Assembly: GCA_964016885.1 (NCBI GenBank) | Contig: OZ024740.1 | Span: 102,920,001 to 102,984,000 of the forward strand | Direction of reading: 5' to 3' | Length of the DNA: 64,000 nt | Origin: Eledone cirrhosa | Taxonomy: Eukaryota | In this document: positions 1-11,781 of the stretch, piece after piece | How positions within the stretch are numbered: the stretch's first letter is position 1 | Layout: the number at the start of each line of letters is the position of its first letter | Notes under the pieces: generated by a model | The model's database searches: none | Seen by the model: only the letters and a program-made list of their open reading frames with translations | Told to the model about the DNA's origin: nothing | Position numbers and translations under genes: made by a program

Positions 1-83
1 ACCGACTCTCGTGTCTGGTGGTAGTTGATCAGAGAAAAAAAGAAAAAGAAAACCTGACCAAAGATTTACTAAATATAAGAGCA

Positions 84-1290
84 GTGGTGGTCATGGTGAC
101 TGAGGTGGTGGTTTATGTAGTAGCGTTGGTTTATATGGTAGCGGTGGTGACTGGTTGTAGCTGTGGTGGTGGTAGTGGTTTATGTGGTAGTGGTGGTTGT
201 TGTGGTAGTGGTGGTGACTGTGTTTGTAGCTGTGGTGGTGGTGGTGGTGGTAGTGGTTTATGTGGTAGTGGTGGTGACTGTGGTGGTGGTGGTGGTAGTG
301 GTGATGGTGGTGGTGGTAGTGGTTTATGTGGTAGTGGTGGTTGTTGTGGTAGTGGTGGTGACTGTGTTTGTAGCTGTGGTGGTGGTGGTGGTGGTAGTGG
401 TGGTGACTGTGGTGGTGGTGGTAGTGGTGGTGGTGGTAGTGGTTTATGTGGTAGTGGTGGCGACTGTGGTGGTGGTGGTGGTGGTGGTGGTAGTGGTTTA
501 TGTGGTAGTGGTGGTTGTTGTGGTAATGGTGGTGCCTGTGTTTGTAGCTGTGGTGGTGGTGGTGGTAGTGGTTTATGTGGTAGTGGTGGTGACTGTGGTG
601 GTGGTGGTGGTAGTGGTGATGGTGGTGGTGGTAGTGGTTTATGTGGTAGTGGTGGTGACTATAAGGGTGTTGTTGGCTGCTGTGATGTTGGTGTTGTTTG
701 TGGTGGTTGCGGTGGCAGTGACAGTGGTGGTGTTGGTGTTGGTGGAGTGGTGCTGGTAATGGTGTTGGTATTGTTAGTCTTGGTGGTGAGCTGATGCTGG
801 TAATGGAGTTAGTTGTGGTGGTGGCGGTGGTGGTGGTGGTGGTGGTAAGGTGGTGCTGGTAATGGTGTTGTTGATAGTGTTGGTGGGGTGGTGCTGGAAA
901 TTGTGTTGTTGTTGTTGTTGTTAGTGGTGGTGGTGGTGGTATTAGTGGGGTGGTGTTGATAATGGTGTTGATATTGCTTATACCCTTCCCCAAGTTGTAC
1001 AGCCATAAGCTGAAAGGTGTGGCATATCAAGGACTATATTGTCTGATATTTATTCCTTTATTAAAACAATAAAGTATGATAATTTGAGAGAGATTCTGCT
1101 ATCATTTCTAGCAGGGTTAGTGGTGTCTACGTAGAGGTTGCCCTCTTTGACATATGGCTGTGTTTATCTTGGAGGTAACAGTAGTAGCAGTAACAGCAGC
1201 AGTAGTAGTCGTAGTAGTAGTCGTCGTAGTAGTAGTGGTGGTGGTTGTAGTAGTAGTGGTAGTGGTGGTGGTGGTGGTGGTGGTAGTATC
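84..1290. repeat. Compound (GGT/AGT/TGT)n trinucleotide array with recurring unit TAGTGGTTTATGTGGTAGTGGTGGT
   Basis: Seen directly. A unique or repeat-fragment stretch interrupts it at about 975-1175. It explains the Gly/Cys, poly-Val and poly-His ORFs. Confidence 0.9.
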
Positions 1291-1511
1291 ATGACAATGC
1301 AGCTGCATTGCATATTTTTCACCAAACTATTACAAGACTGCAGCACAAAGTGCAGAACAGCAAATGGTGTGGTCTGTTGCTATGAAATGGGCAGCATAAA
1401 CAGCTAGTGGTAATGGCGGTGGTGGTATTTATCTATATGCATGCATGATAGATAAATAGATGGACTAACAGTTGGTCAGACAGACGAACAGATAGATAAG
1501 TAGATAGATAT

Positions 1512-2208
1512 ATTTCTTTATTTGCCACAAAGGCGCACAAGAAAAGGGGACAATACAAAGACATATGCCGGGGATTTTACATACAATCGTGTAAAAATAT
1601 TTTTAAAACAAACAAATTCAACAATCGAAATCCCCAATAGAAGGGAGGCGTTACAAATGGTTTGTTTAATACCCCGTCGATAGAACAACCCTCAACTCCA
1701 GGAGCATGCTGTGAAAGTGCTCCTTTCTTCCTTTTGCTCTCTTCTTCAACCTACAGGTTTATATACAAAGAAGGCCCAATCACTCGGGTTATTTTTGCTG
1801 CATTCACCCACCTTTTAGTAAATTTACTGGGGTGCAGTGCCTCTCTCTCCACTCTGACTCTCCTTCTAAAGTGGTACCTAGAGAAGGGAATAGGTTGTTG
1901 TCCGGAGAGAACGGCATCTGTCCTCAAGTCCTCTCAATCTCGTCCACCATATAACCTCTTTTACCATAGCCACTCTACAGAGGAAAACCGCCTCTCTTTC
2001 GTTTTTGTAAGAAGGTGGCGGTTTGATCCTTACTATGGACTCGGCAGTCAACTGGATTTGTCCCATACGCCTCAGCAGTTGTCCTGCGTAGTTCCACAGG
2101 TCGGTTACGCCCGGGCGTGCAGGACGGTTTCAATGTTCTGTTCGCATCTTGGACACGTCCTCTTGGAAGGATCCATTCCGGGGCGTCCGTGCCTATAGAT
2201 CTTGTCAC
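1512..2208 (-). mobile_element. 5'-truncated, decayed Tx1-like LINE (ORF2 C-terminus plus 3' UTR)
   Basis: Translates to YRHGRPGMDPSKRTCPRC and LTAESIVRIKPPPSYKNEREAVFLCRVAMVKEVIWWTRLRGL, matching the C-terminus of ORF 5259-8696. The 3' UTR is near-identical to 47114-47393 and 50290-50550. It ends AATAAAGAAATA|TATCTATCT. Confidence 0.93.
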
Positions 2209-2847
2209 TATTTGTTTATATATATATATATAGCTCAAAAAATATATAGTACAAATAGTCCTATTAGTTTCATGCTTTATAGCTTTATATGGAAAAGGGG
2301 CAACAAAGTTCGATGGGCTTTAACTCTTCTTTGGGAGTACCAAAAATAGAGACAGGAACACAAAAGATAGGTGCAGAAAATAAAAGGTAGTCCGTAGTAA
2401 AAAAAAACACGAAAACAATGAGAGTACAGGAGGATATATATATATATATGTGTGTGTGTGTGTTCAAAATTGGGGCACACAGAACAAAGACAATCGAAAA
2501 AACAACGAAAAGATGGATAGTCCCGTCTCATCAGGTAACTTCTGGAAATAACTACGGTTTCTATATTTAAGGTTGATATCGTTCATTCCTGTGCATATTG
2601 GAGCATAAGTTAACAGGTGGAGATGAGTTATGCATTTAGGCAAATTACACAAATATAGAGTATGCAAGGGCTTAGTCAAAGGAACATAGATAGAGAGAGT
2701 AGTGAAGTCTAATAAAGTTACATAACACGAGTGGCAACAGGACAGTCTGCTGTTGCCCGGATGTTTGTGTTGTACGTTGTATTATTGTTGTGGACAATGT
2801 CTATATATACTGTGACATTAATATTTGTCTTGCAGTTGTGTTCTTTT

Positions 2848-2895
<48 letters not shown>

Positions 2896-2970
2896 TCACG
2901 TACATATACACACACACACATACACAAGCACACACACGGAGGCTCGCGCAAACATATGATATATATATGG

Positions 2971-3330
2971 CTGTCTCCTGAGGTGTGTGTATGTGTGTTC
3001 TGAGATGTGTGTGTCTGTATGTGTGTTCTGAGATGTGTGTGTCTGTATGTGTGTCCTGTGAGGTGTGGGTGGGTGTATATATGTCTCCTGCGAGATGTAT
3101 ATTTATGTATGTGTGTCCTGCGAGGTGTGTGTGTATGTATATGTCTCCTGCGAGGTCTATGTTTATGTATGTGTGAAATGTGTGTGTATATATGTCTCCT
3201 GAGCGGTGTGTGTGTATGTATGTGTGTCGTGTGAGCGGTGTGTGTATGTATGTGTCCTGTGAGGTGTGTGTGTATGTGTGTCATGTGAGGTGCGTCTGTA
3301 TATATGTGTGTCCTGTGAGGTGTGTATGTC
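2971..3330. repeat. Minisatellite with GTCTCCTG(C/T)GAGGT core separated by (GT/AT)n spacers
   Basis: About a dozen imperfect units of roughly 26-32 bp are visible. Confidence 0.8.
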
Positions 3331-3842
3331 TATATGTGAGAATTTACGTTCGTATGTTCCGTATATGCGTATGGGTGAGATATGTATGTATGGAGAGGAA
3401 GAGAATTTCCCACCATAATCGTTATAACAGCTTTGAATTGTGTTGAATATGCAGCGATGAGATGGGGTAGGGGGAGAAAGAGACATACAGAGACAAGGAA
3501 GATATAGAGAGACGAAAAGAGAGATAAAATACAGAGAAAGAGATAGAGGGGGAGAGAGAAAAGAGAGAGGAATAGAGAAACAGAGACAGGGAGGGGGAGG
3601 GAGAAAGAATGAGTATAAAAATTAAATACAGCAACATCATAGAAAGTGGTCCAAGATTGTACGGAATGAACATTCTAGATGTTTATGGTCACTTTTGATC
3701 GATCAAAATCGAAGACAAGAAGGCAGTTGCTTAAATGACGTAGCGAGACCTAAGAGAAAGCTTCTGTACGATCGATCACCCTCCTAAAATTAGCAGAAAA
3801 ATCTCCAAATGTTACCCTATCGTCTTAAGTTTTGTGTTAGAT

Positions 3843-4365
3843 GCGGAACGAAAAACTGATTGATGGATATAAACATGAGTTTGTTGTCGGTCCGACAAGA
3901 CTCTGTTAGGATCTTTCCTGCGATGGACAAGAGGGAGATTCTATGATAATTGTCACAGGATTGCCTTGCCTATTTCCTTTCATCTTATAGAGATGGGTGA
4001 CGGAGGAATCCATTAGATCCCGAGGTATCTTTTGATTTCACATTTCACATCAGAGCTCGGTGAGACTGTCAAACAACTGTGGGCCTTCTCGCAATGAAGA
4101 GAATCTAGGCATGGTAATTTGCCACTGGACAGACTCGAGTTGGCCTTTCGTAGCTAAGTAGGACCCGTGGTTGATGGGGGGAGGGGGAGTTCGAAACGAT
4201 CAATTACCTGCCTTATCGTTGATGGTGGATGGGCAGTTGAGGACAGTGTTAACATGTTCAACTACAACGTTCGAGGATTTTGTCCCTTTTGTAGTATTTC
4301 TATCAGAACTGAGCAAAGACAAAGAACCAGAGGATTGAGTGTTGCGTACTGTTTTAAATGAAGGA
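3843..4365 (-). mobile_element. Decayed RTE-clade (BovB-like) LINE, pre-RT/RT N-terminal fragment
   Basis: Frameshifted minus-strand peptides KTVRNTQSSGSLSLLSSD, EHVNTVLNCPSTINDKA, LSSGKLPCLDS, IPRDLMDSSVTHLYK, CDNYHRISLLSIAGKIL and QSVFR follow the order of the RTE consensus (EHFNSVLNRPS, GKAPG, CDNHRGISLLSIAGKIL, QCGFR). Confidence 0.85.
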
Positions 4366-4531
4366 AAACACACATACATATTGCGTGCGTGTGTGTGCAT
4401 GTATACACAGAGTGAGGAAGAGTACTTTTTTTGTTTGTTTTGTAAGGATGAAAGGCAGAGTAGAGTGAGAGCCGAAATGAATACCACAAAGCATTCTAGT
4501 CGACGTTCTCACGACACTGCCAATTCGTCGC

Positions 4532-4940
4532 CATAGTCACTACTTAAAAATTCATAGAGAATGGTCTTCAAAATGTTTTTAATTAAACATACAGTATATT
4601 ATCAAATATACTATACATACATTCATATATACATCGCTATTTCAGAGCACCAATATTAATACCTAATTTTTGCTGGACCGGCAACCGTTCAGTTTAATCA
4701 GCTCTTAAACAGTGCTGGAATTCTATAAGAATCCAGCTTCTATAATTCTCGGCAGAAGCGAAGGAGTAAGTAGTTTTGATAACCGCTAACGAGCGAGACA
4801 GAACTGTTGATTATTCCCCTTTGTTTTTGCCGGGAATAAGTGACATAGTCACTAAAATTCATAGCGAATCGTCTTCAAATTGTATTTAATTAAACATACA
4901 GTATATTATCAAATATACTATACATACATTCATATATATA
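4532..4940. repeat. Direct repeat of about 100 bp (4532-4630 and 4844-4940)
   Basis: CATAGTCACTA...TAATTAAACATACAGTATATTATCAAATATACTATACATACATTCATATAT occurs twice. Confidence 0.85.
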
Positions 4941-5258
4941 TATATATGCGTGTGTGTGTATACAGAAAGAGAGAGAGAGAGAAATATATAGATATGTTTC
5001 TTTTATTTGCCACTAGGGCATCAAAAGTGGGACAAGTACAAAGGGGGGAGTTTACACAAAAAGGCGTCCTCAATAAGGAGGAGGCAATAACAAAATATAA
5101 AAATAAAATAAGATATAACAAAAAATAAAATTTTTAACAAAATCCTCAATAGAGAGGAGGCGCCTTGGGGGGTCGCACACACCCCCGAAAAAAGTGTGCA
5201 ACCCTTCTCCTCAAGAGCACAGAGAAGGGGTGCTCCCTTGGTCTTTCATCTTCCTCAC

Positions 5259-8200
5259 CTATAGTCTGATGTAGAGTGAAGGCCCATTCACACGGGCCAT
5301 TCTCGCCACTTTCACCCATCTTTCATAGAAACGGCTGGGGTGCAGCACCTCTCTCTCCATCCTGATCCTTCTTCCGAAATGATATCGGAAGAAACGAACC
5401 AGTTGTTGGCCAGAGAGAAAGGTGCCTGACCTCAGTCCTTTCAGACGCGTCCACCATACAACCTCTTTCGCCATGGCTATTACGCACAGAAACACCGCCT
5501 CTGCTTCATCTTTGAAGGGGGGAGGCGGCTTGATCATTACAATAGACTCGGTGGTCAACCGGATCGGTCCCACCCTTGACAGCAGTTGTTCGACATAGCC
5601 CCACAGATCGGCTACGCCCGAGCAGTGTACCAATGCGTGTGCAACGGTTTCCTCGTCGCACACGCATCTGGGACAGATCTTTTTGGCGGGGTCCCTACCC
5701 GGGCGCCCGTGTCTGTAGAGCCTTTCTCGAACGGGTAAAGCCCCTCGGTAGCACTGCCAGGCCAGGGACTTCTGGAAGTTGTCCATAGGTCCCGGGCTGA
5801 ATGTCCTACCGAACAGGCTGGCCAGTTCGTCCTCCTCCATGTCTAGGGCTTCTCCGAGGGCGTCGTCGCACCTGCTGCGTACCAGCCCTCTATAGAATGT
5901 TGCGGTGGAGTCTCCACTGATAACCGGATCCGCCTGCCAGAGGGCGGTGAGCGCCTGGGCACACTCGGTGTGCCAGGCGCCCAGTTTTCTCGGTCTTTGC
6001 TTGACCCAGGATTGCAACTCGGTGAGTGAGACGAGTCTGGGAAAGGTTCGTCTCACAAACGAGGCCCACACCGGTTGTCCGGTGAGGAATACGTAGAGGT
6101 GCCGTAGCCTTAATGCGTGTTTACGCATCATTAGCCACAGCATCCCCAGCCCTCCTTTCGAAGGGTGTTGACAGCAGATGGATCTCCTCACCATAGGAGC
6201 CCGCCTCTTCCAAAGGAATTGGAAGAGCGCGCGCTCCATCTTGGTGAGGGTTTCCCTTGGGCAGGGCACTACGGTCAGGCGGTAGTAGATGACGGACGCT
6301 ATGTAGGTGTTCGCCACCTCCGCCCGACCTTTCAGGGATAGTTTGCAACTGGCCCACTTCTGGGTCAGTGCAAACACCCTGTTCGTAACCTCCGCCCAGT
6401 TTTTCTCCACCTGGAGGTCCGGTCCGAACCAGACCCCGAGCAACTTCACCGGGCCCTCCGTCCAGCGTCCGACGACGCCATCGGAGGGCATCGGTCTGCC
6501 CCTCCACGTGCCGAGTTGCAAACCGATCGACTTGTCCCGGTTCAGCTTAGCCCCTGTGAACTTTTCGTACTCCTCCAGTAAGGTGCCGACCGCCTCGATT
6601 TCGGAGGCCGTCGACACCATTACTGTCACGTCATCGGCGTAGGCCGACACCGCTTTCCGCAATCCCGGTTCCAAAGGGATGCCCTGCAACAACTCCAACT
6701 TCCGCAGTAGTGGCTCGAGAGTCAACACATACAGAAGGGAGGAGAGAGGGCACCCTTGTCGGATGGACCGCGCGATTTTGAACGGCTCCGAGAGGTAGCC
6801 GTTCACCTTGACCCTAGAGCAGATGCGGCTGCTGTGCATAGCAGTGATCCAGCCCCTGAAAACGGGTCCGAAGCCTGCCGCCGCTAGCACCGCATCCAGG
6901 TAACCATGGTCGACCCTATCGAACGCCTTAGATTGATCCAAGTTGATCAGAGCCCCACCAAAGCCGGGTTCGTTCCCAACCCTCTCTATGATGTATCGCA
7001 TGAGGTGGAGGTTGTCATGGATGGACCTGGACGGGATAGCGCATGTCTGCGCATCTCCCACCAGGTTGCCCACGACAAGCGCCAACCTCTTTGTTAGCAC
7101 CTTGGCCAAAATCTGTAACTCTGTATTTAGCAGTGTTATGGGCCTGAAGTTACTTATTTCGTCCCCCTTGTTCTCGTCCTTCCTCACTAGCGTGACTACG
7201 CCCTTGGTCACAGTACAGGGAATTCTCCCGTTCTGTTGCCAGTTGCAGTAGACCGCCTCGAGGAGATCGGGGAACAAGTCCGGCATAGCTAGATATAATT
7301 CGTAAGGAAGACCATCGAGACCCGGGGATTTGTGTTTGCCGCATTGGCTCAGCACGTCCTCTATCTCAGCGGCCGAAATCGGCTCCTCGCAGGACTTCGC
7401 CTCCCTGTCCGAGAGGCGCGGCAGGCCGTCGAGGTATGGACCGAAGTCCACGTTCCCAACCGGCTCCCCGCCCCTCCCGAACAGTCGGGCAAAGTGCCTT
7501 TGAAAGGCCTCACACATCTGCTTAGGCTCAAGAATCGCCCGTCCATCCAGGTCTCGCAAAGACCGGATGGTGGATTTAGTTCCACTGTTGGCCTCTGTCA
7601 CGCGGGCCCAGCTAACAGCTTTGGTCCCCTCGTTCCCTAGAGCACGTATTTTACTTCGGACAACGCAGCCTTCGTGCTTCGCGTCGAAAAACTGGCTCAA
7701 AGCCGTTCTCGACGCTAGCACTCTGGCCACGTCGCCGCTTCTAATTGCCTCTTCTACTCTATCTATTAGCTCCCTTTCCTTCCTATTCCTATCCGCAGCT
7801 AGAACCTTACTAAATTCTATCGAGACTACTCTAATCTCTCTCTTTAGAGATACCCACCACCTGCTGTTGACGATCGCTCCAGTCAACCGTTCCTTAACTA
7901 ACGTACTAATCCGATTCCTGTAGGCTCTACTTGCCGGCAAGGACAAGTTGAGCTTCCAGTAACCGGGGCCCTGTCTATGAGTTCTGTCAAGGTTGACCCT
8001 GCAGGTCACTAATTTGTGGTCTGAATAGCCAACCATGCGCATTTTTGGACAACTTAAAAAGTCCTTATCCTTAATTCTAACTAAGAACCTATCTAGGTAC
8101 GACCTAGATGATCCGCTACGATTTGCCCAAGTCCAGGTTGGCGCAGTCGGAAAATCTAGTCGATATCTATCGGCCAGGTCAAATCGACCGATTAACCCTT

Positions 8201-8696
8201 TGAGGCTATTACACCCCTCTCTATCGGGGCAGGCCCCTACGTAGTCCCAGCGTGCATCTAGGATACCATTCCAGTCCCCCACTAATAGCAAGGAGCGGGA
8301 CGTCCCTAGAAAAGTCTCCAGACGATGGAAGAAGTCCGGCCGTATTGACCCGAAAGGGCCGTAGGCGGCTACCAACCTAAACGCTCCGCCTTTACCACTG
8401 CCAAGGTCCAGAACCACTAGTCGACCCTCCGGGTTCAAATGTACCATCTGTGTTGCGAGACCCAGATGTTTTTGCAGCAGAACGACAACTCCACCCCCAC
8501 CTCCGGGCTGACAGAGAGATGCGTGCATCTCAAAGTCATCAAAGGTGGGGGCCAGCTGTCGCACGTTGCTGATCCGGGCCTCGCAAATAACCATCACATC
8601 TATACGTTGTGACCTGAGGTCATTTAGAAGCATTGCTTGCTTCCAAGTTGAGCCCAGGTCACGCGCATTTAAACAGCCTACTCTTAGCATAGCCAT
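5259..8696 (-). CDS. LINE ORF2 polyprotein (APE endonuclease, reverse transcriptase, C-terminal CCHC zinc knuckle), 1145 aa from ATG at 8696
   Basis: APE motifs CLNAR, ICE, GDWN, YLDR, SDH. Tx1-typical GPGYWKLN. RT motifs KSPGLDG, NFRPITLLN, LDQSKAFDRV, RQGCPLS, AYADDV, LLG. Knuckle CPRC..ETVAHALVHC. No stops. Confidence 0.97.
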   Translation of the reverse strand: MAMLRVGCLNARDLGSTWKQAMLLNDLRSQRIDVMVICEARISNVRQLAPTFDDFEMHASLCQPGGGGGVVVLLQKHLGLATQMVHLNPEGRLVVLDLGSGKGGAFRLVAAYGPFGSIRPDFFHRLETFLGTSRSLLLVGDWNGILDARWDYVGACPDREGCNSLKGLIGRFDLADRYRLDFPTAPTWTWANRSGSSRSYLDRFLVRIKDKDFLSCPKMRMVGYSDHKLVTCRVNLDRTHRQGPGYWKLNLSLPASRAYRNRISTLVKERLTGAIVNSRWWVSLKREIRVVSIEFSKVLAADRNRKERELIDRVEEAIRSGDVARVLASRTALSQFFDAKHEGCVVRSKIRALGNEGTKAVSWARVTEANSGTKSTIRSLRDLDGRAILEPKQMCEAFQRHFARLFGRGGEPVGNVDFGPYLDGLPRLSDREAKSCEEPISAAEIEDVLSQCGKHKSPGLDGLPYELYLAMPDLFPDLLEAVYCNWQQNGRIPCTVTKGVVTLVRKDENKGDEISNFRPITLLNTELQILAKVLTKRLALVVGNLVGDAQTCAIPSRSIHDNLHLMRYIIERVGNEPGFGGALINLDQSKAFDRVDHGYLDAVLAAAGFGPVFRGWITAMHSSRICSRVKVNGYLSEPFKIARSIRQGCPLSSLLYVLTLEPLLRKLELLQGIPLEPGLRKAVSAYADDVTVMVSTASEIEAVGTLLEEYEKFTGAKLNRDKSIGLQLGTWRGRPMPSDGVVGRWTEGPVKLLGVWFGPDLQVEKNWAEVTNRVFALTQKWASCKLSLKGRAEVANTYIASVIYYRLTVVPCPRETLTKMERALFQFLWKRRAPMVRRSICCQHPSKGGLGMLWLMMRKHALRLRHLYVFLTGQPVWASFVRRTFPRLVSLTELQSWVKQRPRKLGAWHTECAQALTALWQADPVISGDSTATFYRGLVRSRCDDALGEALDMEEDELASLFGRTFSPGPMDNFQKSLAWQCYRGALPVRERLYRHGRPGRDPAKKICPRCVCDEETVAHALVHCSGVADLWGYVEQLLSRVGPIRLTTESIVMIKPPPPFKDEAEAVFLCVIAMAKEVVWWTRLKGLRSGTFLSGQQLVRFFRYHFGRRIRMEREVLHPSRFYERWVKVARMARVNGPSLYIRL

Positions 8697-8720
8697 GTTG
8701 GTGGTGAAGAGAAAAGGCAC

Positions 8721-9000
8721 TTACCTCTCTGCGTCCCGGGTATCGGGCTGCACAATTTCCATTAGGGTGGGGGATGGGTTGTTGGGTGGGGTGGTGGTTT
8801 GTGGAAGTGTGGGGGCATCAGTGTGTTGTGTGGTTGGGGAGCTTGGAGTTGTGTGGGTGTTTGGGGAGGGGGTGGGATAGTTTTTTAGGAGGACGCGGTT
8901 AATGGGCCCGACGCAGGGGGGACCCACGTCCTCTTTAAAATTGTTTTTTAAAGTTTTATAGGTGTCCTGTGGGGCCTTAATCATTTTGAGGTGGGGGAAA
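8721..9000 (-). pseudogene. C-terminal remnant of Tx1 ORF1
   Basis: PHLKMIKAPQDTYKTLKNNFKEDVGPPCVGPINRVLLKNYPTP aligns with PHLKLIRVSMETYSQLKTNFPQDVGNPCQKPINRVLLKCFPTP near 49153-49280. Confidence 0.85.
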
Positions 9001-9358
9001 TCCCCAGGTAGGTAGCTTGCTTTCGTACATCTGTTAGATATTTCACTGATCTCTATTTATCAAATTGATAAGTTAACGAATTGTTACCAAATTTGGACCA
9101 TTGATGGATTACACCTATGCAATGGCCAGTCAGGTGTTAAAGGTGTCCCCAGAGTTAATATCCGGTACCACCAACCCTCTTTTAACCAAACCCTAGAATC
9201 AGTCTAATTAAAAAGTTTTAAAAATTCAAAATAGCTTACAGCACTTTCGGGGCCGCATCTGTATTGGTTACCCCCCCCCCCCCCCATCTCACTAATCCAT
9301 TAAAAATATTCTTTCACCTCTCTTTTTTTTTTTAGCATTACACCACTACTGTTTATAA

Positions 9359-9409
<51 letters not shown>

Positions 9410-9661
9410 CGTGTGTGTGTGGTTGACGGCTGTGTGTGTGTTTGTGTGTGTTTTACTATGAGAACTCAATAAAATATGCATGCATAATTATTATAAATAA
9501 ACAAGTAATTTATTTTATTGATAGAAGCTTGGCAGCTAATAATAAATGTCCCCATTACTGGGTATTGTACTTATAAAAACTAATAATAATAAATAAACAA
9601 ATAATCCCTTGAACTTGTGAAGTAGATATACGCCTATATATATGCCTATACATATAAATAT

Positions 9662-10618
9662 ACTAGACATGAAAAATGCGCAAGCTCAAAAGTGCCACAG
9701 AATGTTATAATAAACCTTCAAAAGTGTGGGACTAGAGTTGTTGCTAAAAAATATTGTAATCATTATATATCGTACATTCTGTGGCATCCTTTATAAAAAT
9801 AGCTTAAACCAACGAAGCCTTTATTTTTACGCTATTTCACTTAGTTAATTCTTAGAGTGTAACATATAAAAATATGATTTACAACTATAAAATAAATTAA
9901 TTAATATAATAACAGAGCTGCGGAGCTGAAATTTAGGAAATAATGGAGTATCGGATCCTGAGTTGGAGCCAGTCAATTTTTGACCGACTCCGCAGCCCTG
10001 TATAATACATTTCATATTAAAGTTATTAATAAACCTATTTTACACTTCATGCAAATTACCACGAGATATTGATATTAGATATAAGATACAGCGCAATATC
10101 TACAGCTGTAAAAGTACGAAAGCGAAGTAATAATAAGTGGCTTAAGGTAATTCCAATATGAAAGTTTGTAGTGATAAAAATTTGATAATGCAATACGATT
10201 GTTAATATTATAGTTCTATGAAAATGTAACAATAGATAACTAAATTATTTTACTATTAGTATATTTAAGAAATTATCATTATAGATTTGATCGTTCATAT
10301 AAGCATCATATTAAGTTTCAACACAATTATTTTGTTACTATGAGTATATGATAATAATATTACGTAATTATTTATAGCTGTTATTACATTAAACATAGAT
10401 GTATTTATTTTTATATGTTACACTCTAAGAATTAACTAAGTGAAATAGCGTAAAAATAAAGGCTTCGTTGGTTTAAGCTATTTTTATAAAGGATGCCACA
10501 GAATGTACGATATATAATGATTACAATATTTTTTAGCAACAACTCTAGTCCCACACTTTTGAAGGTTTATTATAACATTCTGTGGCACTTTTGAGCTTGC
10601 GCATTTTTCATGTCTAGT
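9662..10618. repeat. Inverted repeat of about 213 bp (9662-9874 / 10406-10618) around a spacer of about 530 bp
   Basis: Arms are reverse complements with no mismatch seen (ACTAGACATGAAAAATGCG ... CGCATTTTTCATGTCTAGT). Confidence 0.95.
9913..10000. mobile_element. 88-bp hAT-type MITE
   Basis: TIRs CAGAGCTGCGGAG / CTCCGCAGCCCTG. 8-bp flanks TATAATAA / TATAATAC match at 7/8. Confidence 0.8.
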
Positions 10619-11179
10619 TTAATATTTTTTTAAGGCAACGCTTGTAATAACTCTAGTTAAACAGGATATATATTAATAATAAATTATCGTTGTAATGTAA
10701 TTAGATTATGTAATTGTTATTATAAATTATCTTATAAATATTAGTGTAAGATGTATAAAAATATTTTCAGACTTTTAATATAAACAACTACAAAAAACAA
10801 TCAATATTAAATCAATATATTATACATAATAGAAAACAAAATATACAATACAAAAACAAAATATTTACATACATTTGCAATTATCAGTGTATATACATTT
10901 TCTTTATATTCCCTGAGCAAATTAATAAGATTTGTTTTTATTGTACATAATTTGATGACTTGTTGGAGTGTATTAAAAGATAGCAACAATTTGTGATTAA
11001 ATTGTTATCTTAAGCAACTCACTTTTTAATAGTTGTTGGCTGAGCGAAATTGTAAAAGCCTATGAGCAAATATAAAAAAAAATACACAAACAACATTTCC
11101 TTGTGTTATTACAACATTAGATAAAATAATTGAGCAATGTCGTTATATTTTGCTCTTATTGCACATTAATAGTGTTTCT

Positions 11180-11340
11180 ATTTTTCGGCACAAATCCATT
11201 ACGGCAGTCCATTACTGGTACTTTATTTTATCGAATTAGTAAGTATGAAAGTCGAAGTTAACCTCGGCAGGATTTGAACTTAGAATGCAAAGGACCATAA
11301 CAATACTGCAAAGCATGGTGTCTGACGCTCTACCAATACT
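11180..11340 (-). mobile_element. tRNA-derived SINE, family 1
   Basis: Shares TACTGGTACTTTATTTTATCGA...AACCTCGGC.GGATTTGAACTC (B-box GAGTTCAAAT on minus) with more than 8 copies in the window. Confidence 0.8.
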
Positions 11341-11733
11341 TGTGTTGAGCTGGTCATTAATTTATGGTGGTCGTGCGTGGAGTAGAGCAATCGCTAGTTG
11401 AAATATTATGAACAAAACATTTTTATTTGCCGAAGAACATATTTTCAATACTGTTTGTGAATGTGACGAAGGAAATACATTCTGATATGGAACAGTGTAC
11501 AAAGTGTGTCTGTGAATAACATAATGTTACCTCATGTTGTTGTCAAGACATAATGGATTTCGTTTATCCAGTTAGAAGATGAAACCTAGCCATCTCGGAT
11601 TAGTTATATTTCATGCCATGTGTAAACGTGTTTGAGGATAGCAAAATATGCGCGTTAATTATAATAATTAGTTAATAATATTACAAAATATACCTAATTA
11701 AACTCTTTGCTTGAAATTTTATCATTCTTCGTT

Positions 11734-11781
<48 letters not shown>

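Larger units (their letters stand above)
4996..9003 (-). mobile_element. Tx1/L1-clade non-LTR retrotransposon, 5'-truncated within ORF1, ORF2 intact
   Basis: GC-rich block containing an ORF1 tail, the complete ORF2 and a 3' UTR of about 260 nt ending GTGGCAAATAAAAGAAAC|ATATCTATA. Confidence 0.95.

Noticed and set aside
18-993. Gly/Cys-rich 258-aa, poly-Val and His-rich ORFs
   Set aside because: Several frames on both strands are open simply because the trinucleotide repeat lacks stops. There is no ATG start for the Gly/Cys ORF and no splice support.
5576-8880. Antisense and alternative-frame ORFs inside the Tx1 ORF2
   Set aside because: Shadow ORFs of a GC-rich coding region, with no motifs.
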